DNA of 31,668 nt, taken from contig JAVQXV010000018.1 in NCBI GenBank assembly GCA_033577755.1, positions 1-31,668 of the forward strand. The letters run 5' to 3'. The notes under the pieces were generated by a model. That model ran no database searches. It saw only the letters and a program-made list of their open reading frames with translations, and was not told where the DNA came from. Made by a program: the position numbers and the translations under genes. Shown piece after piece: positions 1-9,500 of this stretch. The DNA comes from Anaerolineales bacterium (GTDB lineage Bacteria > Chloroflexota > Anaerolineae > Anaerolineales > UBA6663). The number at the start of each line of letters is the position of its first letter. The first letter of the stretch is position 1.

Positions 1-128
1 GTTAGGTTAGATTTTGATATTTCGCAACACCGAGCATTTCGCCATCAAAACTCATTACGATTGCACATGAACCGACCAATGGTGAACTTGCCCAAATTAC
101 AATATCTTGCCTAACAAGGCACTAGTGT
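1..128. mobile_element. MITE-like element 'A', copy 1 (truncated by the window edge). Its terminal inverted repeat is CTAGTGCCTTGTTAGG; the right end reads cctaacaaggcactag at ~112-127.
   Basis: Positions 1-127 are about 95% identical to the reverse complement of 10889-11015. Copy 2 carries both 16-bp terminal inverted repeats; copy 1 starts inside the left one. No ORF. Confidence 0.6.
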
Positions 129-229
129 GCGCGCAGAGGTTGTCAGGGAACTTGCCGCCCCTTCGACTGCCGCTTCGGCTTCGCTCAGCGTCCGCTCAGG
201 GTGCGGCTGACATGTTTTGCGTGCACACC
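126..229. repeat. MITE-like element 'B', short copy. Ends read GTGTGCGCGCA ... TGCGTGCACAC, with a GC-rich internal hairpin.
   Basis: 133-166 and 200-229 match 10686-10722 and 10817-10845 in the same orientation. The ends are inverted repeats of each other. The central part is shorter than in copy 2. Confidence 0.5.
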
Positions 230-263
230 TCAACTAAAACGCATTTCCCATCGCCAGCTTGCC

Positions 264-1664
264 ATGCCGCAAACGCTTTTTGAAAAAATCTGGAATCAAC
301 ACGTCGTTGCGCAGGAGCCGGACTCGCCGGCCATCCTGTATATTGACCTGCACCTCGTCCACGAAGTGACCTCGCCGCAAGCTTTTGCCGGATTGCGCCG
401 GCGCGGTCTGCGCGTGCGCCGCCCGGATAAAACTGTGGCCACCTTAGACCACAGCATCCCAACTCATAGCCCCGACCTGCCCATCCTCGATGAGATGGCG
501 GCCAAGCAAATTCAGGTCATGGAGGACAACTGCCGCGAGTTCGGTATCCGCTTGTACGGCTTGCACTCACCACAGCGCGGCATCGTCCACGTCATCGGGC
601 CGGAGCTGGGGCTGACGCAGCCGGGCATGACCATCGTCTGCGGCGACAGCCACACTTCTACGCACGGCGCGTTCGGCGCGCTGGCATTCGGCATCGGCAC
701 CAGCGAAGTGGAGATGGTGCTGGCCACCCAGTGTCTGTTGCAGCGCAAGCCGAAGACGTATCAGGTGCACGTCGAAGGCCGGCTGAACCCCGGCGTATCG
801 GCCAAGGACATCATCCTCGCTTTGATCGCGAAGATTGGGGTGGGAGGGGGCACCGGCCACGTCTTCGAGTACACCGGGCCGGCCATCCGCGCGCTGACGA
901 TGGAGCAGCGCATGACCATCTGCAACATGAGCATTGAAGGTGGCGCACGTGCCGGCATGGTGGCTCCCGATGACACGACCTTCGAGTATCTGGCCGGGCG
1001 CGAGTATGCGCCGAAGGGCGCGGCCTGGGACGAAGCCGTAGCACGCTGGCGCCGGTTGCCCACCGATGAAGGCGCAACATACGACAAGTCCGTCACCCTC
1101 AACGCTTCCGAACTGGAGCCGATGATTACCTACGGCACCAACCCCGGTATGGGTATGCCCATCACCGGGCGCGTGCCTGACCCGGACACGGTGGCTGATG
1201 CCAATCAAAAACTAGCTCTGGAGAAGGCGCTCAAGTACATGGACCTGCGCCCCGGCCAGCCACTGCTTGGCCATCCGATCAACGTCGTCTTCATCGGAAG
1301 TTGCACCAACTCCCGCATCTCCGACCTGCGCCAGGCCGCCGAACTGCTGCGTGGCCGTAAAGTCGCGCCGGGCGTGCGGATGCTCGTCGTCCCCGGCTCA
1401 CAGGCGGTGAAGCGACAGGCCGAGGCGGAGGGGCTGGACAAGGTCTTTCTGGAGGCCGGGGCGGACTGGCGCCATGCGGGCTGCTCAATGTGCATCGCTA
1501 TGAACGGCGATCAGTTGCAGCCGGGCGAGTACGCCGTGAGCACCAGCAACCGCAACTTCGAGGGCCGGCAAGGCAAGGGCGGGCGCACCTTCCTCGCCTC
1601 GCCGCTCACCGCCGCTGCCGCCGCGATCACCGGCAAGATCACGGATGTGAGAACACTCCTTTGA
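264..1664 (+). CDS. leuC: 3-isopropylmalate dehydratase large subunit LeuC. The ORF track starts at a GTG at 201; homology supports the ATG at 264.
   Basis: Near full-length similarity to E. coli LeuC. Aconitase-family motifs are present ([17 protein letters not shown], three Cys ligands SCTNSR/GCSMC). Confidence 0.93.
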   Translation: MPQTLFEKIWNQHVVAQEPDSPAILYIDLHLVHEVTSPQAFAGLRRRGLRVRRPDKTVATLDHSIPTHSPDLPILDEMAAKQIQVMEDNCREFGIRLYGLHSPQRGIVHVIGPELGLTQPGMTIVCGDSHTSTHGAFGALAFGIGTSEVEMVLATQCLLQRKPKTYQVHVEGRLNPGVSAKDIILALIAKIGVGGGTGHVFEYTGPAIRALTMEQRMTICNMSIEGGARAGMVAPDDTTFEYLAGREYAPKGAAWDEAVARWRRLPTDEGATYDKSVTLNASELEPMITYGTNPGMGMPITGRVPDPDTVADANQKLALEKALKYMDLRPGQPLLGHPINVVFIGSCTNSRISDLRQAAELLRGRKVAPGVRMLVVPGSQAVKRQAEAEGLDKVFLEAGADWRHAGCSMCIAMNGDQLQPGEYAVSTSNRNFEGRQGKGGRTFLASPLTAAAAAITGKITDVRTLL

Positions 1665-1764
1665 TTTCAGCTTGCCGATTTCTGATTGTTGATTTGAACT
1701 GACAATCAGCAATCAGCAATCAGTCAGCAATCAGCAATCAGAAATCAGAAATCAGAAATCAGAA
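1663..1764. repeat. Heptamer tandem array filling the leuC-leuD spacer. A GATTTCT/GATTGTT arm is followed by an inverted (C/A)AATCAG x ~9 arm, so a long hairpin is possible.
   Basis: Read directly: caatcag x2, tcag, caatcag x2, aaatcag x4, running into the leuD ATG. The upstream gatttctgatt is the exact reverse complement of aatcagaaatc. Confidence 0.85.
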
Positions 1765-2349
1765 ATGCCCCAATTTACTACTCTGACCTCTCGCTTGGTT
1801 GCGCTGCCGATCAACGACATTGACACCGACCAGATTATCCCGGCGCAATTCCTGAAGGTGACCGACAAAGCCGGGCTGGGCAATGCACTCTTCTTCAACT
1901 GGCGCTACAACGCCGACGGCTCGCTCAACCCTGACTTTGTACTGAACCGGCCTGAAGCGCAGGGCGCGCAGATCCTGCTGGCCGGCGACAACTTTGGCTG
2001 TGGCTCGTCGCGCGAGCACGCGCCCTGGGCGCTTACAGCCTACGGCTTCCGTGCCGTCATCAGCACCTCCTTCGCCGACATCTTCCGCGGTAACGCCCTG
2101 AAGAACGGCTTGCTGCCCATCATTGTGGACAAGGCCACGTATGCCGAGTTGCTCGAGCTTGCCGCCAAAGCACCGCAGGCCGAACTGACCGTAGACCTCG
2201 AAGCGCAAACCCTAACGCTGCCCGACGGCCGTGCGGTCACTTTCCCGATAGACGCCTTCTCGAAAGCGTGTCTGCTCAAAGGCACGGACGAGCTGGGCTA
2301 TATCCTGTCGTTTGAAGACCGCATCGCCGCCTACGAAGCGACCCATTGA
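1765..2349 (+). CDS. leuD: 3-isopropylmalate dehydratase small subunit LeuD
   Basis: LeuD-family motifs ([17 protein letters not shown]). Follows leuC directly. Confidence 0.92.
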   Translation: MPQFTTLTSRLVALPINDIDTDQIIPAQFLKVTDKAGLGNALFFNWRYNADGSLNPDFVLNRPEAQGAQILLAGDNFGCGSSREHAPWALTAYGFRAVISTSFADIFRGNALKNGLLPIIVDKATYAELLELAAKAPQAELTVDLEAQTLTLPDGRAVTFPIDAFSKACLLKGTDELGYILSFEDRIAAYEATH

Positions 2350-2377
2350 CGGTTTGATGTTCAGGTGATTGCAAGCC

Positions 2378-2426
2378 CTCAACTCCCAATGTTTCAATCC
2401 CCAAATGACACAATGATCCAAATCTA
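2378..2426. repeat. CAAnnnC-type 7-8 nt tandem array (caactcc caatgttt caatccc caaatgaca caatgatc caaatc) overlapping the 5' end of the cimA ORF.
   Basis: Read directly. It encodes the dubious N-terminal extension MIASPQLPMFQSPNDT in the track ORF. Confidence 0.6.
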
Positions 2427-3969
2427 CGACACCACCCTCCGTGACGGCACACAACGCGAAGGCATCTCGCTCTCCTGCGCCGATAAGATTCGCATCGCGC
2501 AGAAGCTCGACGAGCTGGGCGTGCACTTCATCGAGGGCGGCTGGCCGGGGAGCAACCCCAAAGATGCCGAATTTTTCGAGCGAGCGCGTGACCTGAACTG
2601 GCAGCACGCGCTGATTGCGGCCTTCGGCTCGACCTGCCGCGTGGGCGGGGGGCCGGATGATGACGCCAACATCCGAGCACTGCTGGAGGCGCGCACGCCG
2701 GTTTGCACTCTCGTCGGTAAGTCGTGGACGCTGCACGTGACCGAGGTGTTGCGCACCACGCTGGACGACAACTTGCGCATCATCGAGCAGAGCGTGGCCT
2801 ATCTGCGCGCACATGGGCGGCGCGTCATCTATGATGCCGAACACTTCTTCGACGGCTACAAGGCCGATCCGGTGTATGCGCTCGAGACGTTGCGTGCGGC
2901 GCTGCGCGGTGGCGCGGAGATCGTGGTGCTGTGCGACACGAACGGTGGCTCGCTGCCGTGGGAGGTTGGCGAAATTTGCCGGGCGGTGCGCGAGCAAATC
3001 GCCTTCCCGTTCGGCATTCACACGCATAACGACGGTGAGTGTGCGGTGGCCAACACTCTGGCCGCCGTGCGCGAGGGCGCCATTCAGGTGCAGGGCACCA
3101 TCAACGGCTATGGCGAGCGCTGCGGCAACGCCAACCTGTGTTCTGTCATCCCCGATCTCGAATTGAAACTCAATCTGCGCTGCCTGCCCGAAGGCCGCCT
3201 CAGCCTCTTGTACGACGTATCCCACTTCGTCGCCGAGGTCGCCAACCTGGCGCCGGACGAGCATTTGCCCTACGTCGGCAAATCGGCGTTCGCGCACAAG
3301 GGCGGCATTCACGTGGCGGCCATGCGCCGCAATCCACGGTCATATCAGCACGTCGAGCCGGAGAAGGTCGGCAACCGGATGCGCGTGGTGGTCAGCGAGC
3401 TTTCCGGGCGCGGTAACCTACTCAGCAAGGCGGAAGAATACGGTCTGGAGTTCGAGCACGGCGATGAGGTGGCCAGCGTCCTCAATGAGATCAAACAATT
3501 GGAAGCGCAGGGCTTCGCCTTCGAGGCCGCCGAGGCGTCGGTGGCGCTGATGATGAAGCGACAGGAGCCGACGTACGTCGCGCCGTTCGAGCTGATTGAC
3601 TTCTCGGTGAACGTCGAGCACCGGCGCGGGCGGGGCATCTTTGCCGAGGCGACGGTGAAGGTGCGCGTGCCCGGCCACGATGAAGTGCTTCATACCGCCG
3701 CCGAGGGCAACGGCCCGGTCAACGCGCTCGACAAGGCACTGCGCAAGGCGCTGACGCCGCACTACCCGGTGCTGAGCAAGTTCCAGCTCGCCGATTACAA
3801 GGTCCGCATCCTCGACGGCAATAACGGCACCGCAGCAATGACGCGCGTGCTGATTGATACACAGAACGGGACCAAACGCTGGACGACGGTGGGCGCCAGC
3901 ACTAACATCATCGAGGCCAGCTGGCGCGCGCTGGCGGACGCGCTGGAGTATGGGTTGACGATGGCGTAG
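2413..3969 (+). CDS. cimA: LeuA-family DRE-TIM metallolyase, most likely (R)-citramalate synthase CimA. The start is probably the ATG at 2413; the track ORF begins at 2365.
   Basis: N-terminus IQIYDTTLRDGTQREGISLS...IEGGWPGSNPKD matches the Geobacter/Leptospira CimA clade rather than canonical LeuA. Length ~520 aa with a C-terminal regulatory domain. Confidence 0.7.
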   Translation: MIQIYDTTLRDGTQREGISLSCADKIRIAQKLDELGVHFIEGGWPGSNPKDAEFFERARDLNWQHALIAAFGSTCRVGGGPDDDANIRALLEARTPVCTLVGKSWTLHVTEVLRTTLDDNLRIIEQSVAYLRAHGRRVIYDAEHFFDGYKADPVYALETLRAALRGGAEIVVLCDTNGGSLPWEVGEICRAVREQIAFPFGIHTHNDGECAVANTLAAVREGAIQVQGTINGYGERCGNANLCSVIPDLELKLNLRCLPEGRLSLLYDVSHFVAEVANLAPDEHLPYVGKSAFAHKGGIHVAAMRRNPRSYQHVEPEKVGNRMRVVVSELSGRGNLLSKAEEYGLEFEHGDEVASVLNEIKQLEAQGFAFEAAEASVALMMKRQEPTYVAPFELIDFSVNVEHRRGRGIFAEATVKVRVPGHDEVLHTAAEGNGPVNALDKALRKALTPHYPVLSKFQLADYKVRILDGNNGTAAMTRVLIDTQNGTKRWTTVGASTNIIEASWRALADALEYGLTMA

Positions 3970-3971
3970 AG

Positions 3972-4047
3972 GGTGATTGGAGATTGAAGATTGAAGACTG
4001 AAGACTGAAGACCGCACGGCCATTAGTCTTCAGTCATTAGTCATTCA
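3972..4047. repeat. Heptamer array GATTGGA/GATTGAA x3/GACTGAA x2, followed by its inverted copy (tagtcttcagtcattagtcattcag). This is a hairpin between cimA and leuB.
   Basis: Read directly. gaagactgaagac pairs with gtcttcagtc. It ends at the leuB RBS (agaggag) and TTG start. Confidence 0.85.
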
Positions 4048-4060
4048 GAGAGGAGCAGCA

Positions 4061-5119
4061 TTGAAGGCGCGTATTGCATTGACACCCGGCGATGGCATCG
4101 GCCCGGAAGTGGTGACGGAGGCCGTGCGCGTGCTCGAGGCCGTCGCGCACAAGCGCGGCCATAGCTTTGAATTTCATGAACACCTCATTGGCGGCTGTTC
4201 GATAGACCGCTACGGCACGGCGCTGACCGACGAGACGCTGGCCGATTGCCGGGCGGCGGACGCCGTGCTGCTGGGCGCAGTGGGCGGGCCGAAGTGGGAC
4301 GACCCGACGGCGAAGGTGCGGCCTGAGCAGGGCATCCTGGCGCTGCGTAAGGGGTTGCAGGTGTTTGCCAATCTGCGCCCGGCCAAAGCGCACCCGGCGC
4401 TGCTGGATGCGTCGCCGCTCAAGCCCGAACGGCTCAGCGGCGTGGACGTGCTCGTCGTCCGCGAACTTACCGGTGGGCTGTACTTCGGCGAGAAGCGGCG
4501 CGAGCAGGTGAACGGCCACATTCGTGCGATTGACGTGCTCGAATATCACGACTACGAGATCGAGCGTGTGCTGCGGCTGGCGTTCCGGCTGGCGCAGGGC
4601 CGGCGCCGCAAGGTGACCTCGGTGGACAAGGCCAACATCCTCGAATCCTCGCGCCTGTGGCGGCAGGTCGCCGCGCGCGTTGCGGCGGAGTTCCCGGAGA
4701 CGGCTTTTGAGAACATGCTGGTGGATACGGCGGCGATGCAGCTCGTCGCCAACCCGGCGCGCTTCGACGTGCTGGTAACCGAGAACATGTTCGGCGACAT
4801 CCTCACCGACGAGGCCGCCGTGCTGGCCGGCTCGATGGGGATGCTGCCTTCTGCCTCGCTGGGCGAGGGCGGGCCGGGCCTGTACGAACCCATCCACGGC
4901 TCCGCGCCCGATATCGCCGGCAAGGGCATCGCCAACCCGGTCGGTACCATCTTGTCTGCGGCAATGATGCTTCGCTACTCGCTCAACCTCCCCGATGAAG
5001 CCACGCTCATTGAAACTGCTGTCGAGCAGGCGATCACGGATGGCTGCCGCACCAAAGACCTGGGCGGGGCGCTCACCACGCGCGAGATGACGGACGCCAT
5101 CCTCGCGCGCTTGAACTGA
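4061..5119 (+). CDS. leuB: 3-isopropylmalate dehydrogenase LeuB (TTG start)
   Basis: Strong similarity to E. coli LeuB ([47 protein letters not shown]). Confidence 0.93.
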   Translation: MKARIALTPGDGIGPEVVTEAVRVLEAVAHKRGHSFEFHEHLIGGCSIDRYGTALTDETLADCRAADAVLLGAVGGPKWDDPTAKVRPEQGILALRKGLQVFANLRPAKAHPALLDASPLKPERLSGVDVLVVRELTGGLYFGEKRREQVNGHIRAIDVLEYHDYEIERVLRLAFRLAQGRRRKVTSVDKANILESSRLWRQVAARVAAEFPETAFENMLVDTAAMQLVANPARFDVLVTENMFGDILTDEAAVLAGSMGMLPSASLGEGGPGLYEPIHGSAPDIAGKGIANPVGTILSAAMMLRYSLNLPDEATLIETAVEQAITDGCRTKDLGGALTTREMTDAILARLN

Positions 5120-5148
5120 CTTGCCTGACGCAAAAGGCGCAAACCGGG

Positions 5149-5967
5149 ATGCGAGTTGCTTTTCAGGGTGAACGAGGGGCGTACTCGGAGGCGGCGGCGC
5201 TGGCGCACTTCGGGCCGGGGGTGGAGACCGTACCGCACGAGTCATTTGAGGCGGTCTTCGCCGCCGTTCAGTCCGGCGCGTGCGAGGCCGGTCTCGTACC
5301 CATTGAGAACTCGGTCGCCGGCAGCATCCATCGTAATTACGACCTGCTCCTTCAGCACTCGCTCTCGATCGTCGGCGAATATCTGCTGCGCGTGCATCAC
5401 TGTCTCATCGCATTGCCCGGCGTCCCGCTCGAAAACATCCGCAAGGTCATCAGCCATCCGCAGGCGTTGGCGCAGTGCGAGCGTTATCTCAAGTCGCTGC
5501 CCGGCGTTAGAACCGAGGTCGCCTATGACACTGCCGGCAGCGTCAAAATCGTCCTGGAGCAGGGCGATCCGACGGTGGCAGCCATCGCCTCGCGGCGCGC
5601 GGCGGAGGTCTACGGCCTATCCGTTCTAGCCGAAGGCATTGAGGACGACCCGGCCAATTACACGCGCTTCCTCGCCATCGCTCCGCAGCCGGTGCAGCCG
5701 GTGGGAGATGCCAAAACATCCATCGTGTTCACGCTGCACAACCGGCCCGGCGCGCTCTTCAGAGCGCTGAGCGTGTTTGCGCTGCGCGACATTGATCTCA
5801 CCAAGATTGAGTCGCGCCCGCTGGTCGGCAGGGTGTGGGAGTACCTCTTCTACGTGGATTTTGCCGGTGCTGCCTCCGACCCGGTGGTGCAGCGTGCGCT
5901 CGACAATCTGGCCGAGTACGCGCCGATGCTGCGGGTGCTCGGCTCCTATCCGCGCCATCGGCTATAG
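5149..5967 (+). CDS. pheA: Prephenate dehydratase (PDT catalytic domain plus C-terminal ACT domain)
   Basis: [15 protein letters not shown]-terminus, ESRP motif (TKIESRPL), ACT-like C-terminus. 272 aa. Confidence 0.85.
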   Translation: MRVAFQGERGAYSEAAALAHFGPGVETVPHESFEAVFAAVQSGACEAGLVPIENSVAGSIHRNYDLLLQHSLSIVGEYLLRVHHCLIALPGVPLENIRKVISHPQALAQCERYLKSLPGVRTEVAYDTAGSVKIVLEQGDPTVAAIASRRAAEVYGLSVLAEGIEDDPANYTRFLAIAPQPVQPVGDAKTSIVFTLHNRPGALFRALSVFALRDIDLTKIESRPLVGRVWEYLFYVDFAGAASDPVVQRALDNLAEYAPMLRVLGSYPRHRL

Positions 5968-6058
5968 CCTCCAAGCGCCGGGGAACTGCGCAGCGTTGGG
6001 GGACGTCAGGAGAACGCAGGCATACTCTGCTGCAACTTACAAGTGCGGGAGATGTTCC

Positions 6059-6589
6059 ATGAAGAAATTTGCTCTGCCGATGCTTGCGCTGCTGCTGGCG
6101 GCCTGTGCGCCGCTGAGTCTTCCCGAACCCACCATGTCCCCCGGCCAGCCTGATCCCACAACTTCCTTACCTGAAATCGTAATGTTACCTCCTGACAATT
6201 TGCCCCAACCGACGGCGACTCCCTTGCCTCCAGCCGACGCGCTCACTCTACCCTTGCCGCAACTCATGCACCGTCCGCCGGAGCCGGCCACTGTGCCGCC
6301 CACACCGGCGCCTGTCGTTGGCGAACTGCCGGCGACGCTGCGGGAGAGCATCGAGGCGGATCTGGAACAGCGCACCGGCGTGTCGCGTTCGGCCTTCACT
6401 TACCTTCGCGCCGAGGCTATTGTGTGGAACGATGGCTCTTTAGGTTGTCCGCAGCCCGGCATGATGTACACGCAGGCCCTTGTCCCCGGTTACTGGGTTG
6501 TGATTCGCGCAGGCGACGCGGAGTTTGATTATCGCGCTGCCGAAAGCGGCTACTTCATCCTCTGCGAGCCGAAGCGGCCCAGGCCGTGA
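6059..6589 (+). CDS. Small lipoprotein of unknown function. Lipobox LLAAC, then a Pro-rich linker, then an ~85-aa Cys-containing globular domain.
   Basis: Start MKKFALPMLALLLAAC at the ATG at 6059, in frame inside the longer track ORF. Preceded by gggaga. Convergent with the subtilase gene and 5 nt from it. Confidence 0.6.
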   Translation: MKKFALPMLALLLAACAPLSLPEPTMSPGQPDPTTSLPEIVMLPPDNLPQPTATPLPPADALTLPLPQLMHRPPEPATVPPTPAPVVGELPATLRESIEADLEQRTGVSRSAFTYLRAEAIVWNDGSLGCPQPGMMYTQALVPGYWVVIRAGDAEFDYRAAESGYFILCEPKRPRP

Positions 6590-6594
6590 CCCGT

Positions 6595-9500
6595 TTAGGG
6601 AACAATGTGAATCACCCACGCCTCGCGCGCAGGGTCTGCCGCACCGGATCGCGTCGGGCGGCCGTTTTCTAGACGCGGCGCATCGGTAAGCAGCAGCAGG
6701 CCGAACTCAGAGGGGCTGGTTCCCGCCGCGCCGCGGTCGGTGATTATCCAGCGCACCGAGCTGTTCGGCGCAATATCGCCTCCCCCGGACAGAAAACGAT
6801 CACCACCAACGACAATTGCAATCCCGTCTGCCGTGTCCGTGATCTGGCCGGAGTTAGCCCAGTCGCGGGCATCTACGCGCACGCCGATGGCCCGGCCGTA
6901 ATCGGCGAGAGTCAGGCCGAGCTGTTCGGCACAGGCCACCAGCGTGAAGTTGCCGCTCTCCAGCGCATGCCCGACGTAGAAGCGTGCTGTAGCCACGCCG
7001 GTCATCAAGTTACGTACCCAGACCACGTTGCGCCCGGCGCTTACGTTGGGCTGATTCATATCGGCATTGAACATTTGATAATCGGCGACGCCGTCCCGGT
7101 TGAGATCAAGATTGATCTCGAGGCGACCGGGCGCGTTGGCATGGCTTTGCCGGTAGTGGGTGCTGATGGCGAAGGCGAGCAGGAAGGACGGCGCAGGCGA
7201 ACAGAAGCCGGCAGGAACGGGGAAGGTGCGCACGCCCACAGCCTTCAGGTCAATTACCGTGCGGTCTAGGCCGGCAAAGCTGGCCGCCTGGTTCTCACTG
7301 ACCGCCACCAGCGAATAGCCGTCCACGTAGGCCGGGCCGATGCCGTGATTGAACAACTCCAGCTGGCCACTCCTGTTTTCCAAGTAGAGCGTAGTTGTCG
7401 CCGGCTCGGTATCGCCGGCGCGGCGCGGCAACACATGCCAGGGCAGGCTCAGGTTGTTGCGTGGGTCGGCCTCATCTATCAAGTTCAGGTAGCCGTCAAA
7501 TTCGAGCGCCGTTAGCGCTTGGCCGTTGTCGCCGTTTGCGCCCGAGTTCAACCACCAGCCGCTCAGCCGCGAGCCATCAATGTGGAGTCGGATTTCCAGC
7601 GGGCAGGTCTCGCCCGGCGGAACCTCCAGCCCTTCCTGAACCTCCATGCTTACCGCGCCGCTCAGCGCATCGGCTTCGTCGCGGAACGAAGGCACGATGC
7701 GATAATGGATTGGGTGGTGACTCAGATTTCGGATGAAGATGCGGCGGGTCAACGTGACGTGATGCGTCGCGACATCTACGAAGCCGAAGGCTAACGCGCC
7801 GCCGCGGTTATGTTCCTCCCAGGCTACAGCCTGCGCGTTTAGCGCGCGCTCCAGCCGTAGCTCGCCGCTGCCGATGCGGGTGACCGGTGCAGGCCGGCCG
7901 TCTTCCGCAAGCACGCGCGATTCCGCTGTGTTCATCAAGCGCGACTTGATTTCGGTCTGCCAGAGCCGGCGCTCGGTGGCATGGATGAGCACCGCTGCCG
8001 CCCCGCTGACGCGCGCCGCTGCGACATCGGTGCCGCTGAGCGCCCGCGTGCCTGAGCCGGAGCCGGCGCGCGCTGCTTCGGCGCTCCCCGGCGCGGCAAT
8101 CTCCGGCTTGATAAGTTGGGCATACATGATGTCGTTGTTGTAAAACATCTGCCCACCGTTGGGGCCACGCGAGGAGTTGCTTAGCACCGTGCCGGTGTGC
8201 GAAGTTGCGGCGACGGACAACGCGCCATACGAAGCGCCCGGCGTGCTCACGGTGTAGGGTTTATTACCGTTGTCGCCGGCCACGCCAACGGTGAGTACAC
8301 CGGCGCTGCCCGCGCTCAGGATGGCCATGGAAAGCGCTTCATCGTAAGCCAGGCCATACGGCTTGCTCAACGAGAGATTGACGATATCCACCCGGTCGCT
8401 CAGGTCGCCGTCGCCGTTCGGGTCGAGCGCGAATTCCAAACCCTGTAGCAGCGCCACGCCGCTGCACGCGTCGGCCACCGCCGAACAGACTTTGACTGCG
8501 TACAGGACGGCGCCCGGCGCGACGCCGGTTGTTGTGCCGGAGTCGTCCATGCTCCATTCCAAGACAAACGTCCGTGACCCTGTGCCGGAGGGGATGCCTG
8601 CCAGGTAACCTGTATAAGTACGCCCACCATTGAAAGTCAATGCCGTTGAGGTGGTGAGCCGGGCCGATGTTTCCGTATCCAGCACTTCGAATGCATGCCG
8701 ACTTGCAGGCAGGGTCACATAATCGCTGGCTTGGGCGAAGGCAAGGTTGGAGACCAGAACCGGTCCGCCGTTGGCGAGGGCGATGTCTATGGCCCGGCCT
8801 TCGGAAGCAGTATTGATGAAGCGCACGTGCACGTATTCGGCTGCCGGGGCGCTGAGGTTATCGGCCAGCGTCAAGAGGAAGGGTGCGCCGGCAGCTTCCA
8901 ACGAAGCCACAGTGTAATCCTGCCCCGGCTCAAGGGTCAGGGTCGTCTCGGCCAGCGCCGGCTGTGTCTGCCCGGCGGGAGTGATTTGGAGGCGATACGC
9001 GCCGGGTTGCAGCACGGCGTAGTCTGTAATGGTGCGGAAGGCGACGTTGACCAGCACAGGTTCGCCGTTCAAGAACACGTTGACGTTTGTCGCGCCGGCA
9101 GCGAAGTGAGCCAGTCGCAAGCGCGCCCGGTCGTTGCGGCGCAGCGGCAGGCCGGCGGCGATATCGGCCATCTGAGTGCCATGCCCAAAGAAGTCAATCG
9201 GGTTAGGATCGGGCGCCAGTGGGCCACGCGGCCAGCTCTCGCCCACGAAATCATAGCCGCCCACGACCTTTGCGTTGAACTGTGGCGCTTGCGTGTGGGC
9301 GTTGCAGGTTGGGTCGGTTGGGTCGGGCCGCGCGTCAGGGCGGCCACAGTAGGCAGCCGCATAGGCGGTGGGGGTGCCCGGCCCGCCGAGTTTGGCGTGC
9401 GTAAAGTCAATCCCCGAATCCAGGATGGCAATCCTGATGCCGCTGCCGGCGTCGCTTGTCGTTGAGTCTGGCTGCGCCTGGCCGAGTATGACCGAGCCTT

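Noticed and set aside
201-263. GTG start at 201 giving LeuC an extra 21-aa N-terminus ([21 protein letters not shown])
   Set aside because: The extension lies inside MITE-like element B and has no counterpart in LeuC homologs. Homology begins exactly at the ATG at 264 ([15 protein letters not shown]).
130-263. Possible T-box or leucine leader in front of leuC (cagggtgcggctgac faintly resembles the T-box motif)
   Set aside because: The same sequence recurs at 10817-10845 in a non-leader context because it is part of repeat element B. No specifier or antiterminator structure is recognisable, and no Leu-rich leader ORF exists.
2212-3312. Long antisense ORFs opposite the leu genes (e.g. 2212-3312 -, 4037-5245 -)
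   Set aside because: They lie opposite strongly conserved sense-strand genes and are extremely Arg/Ala-rich. This is expected by chance at this GC content.
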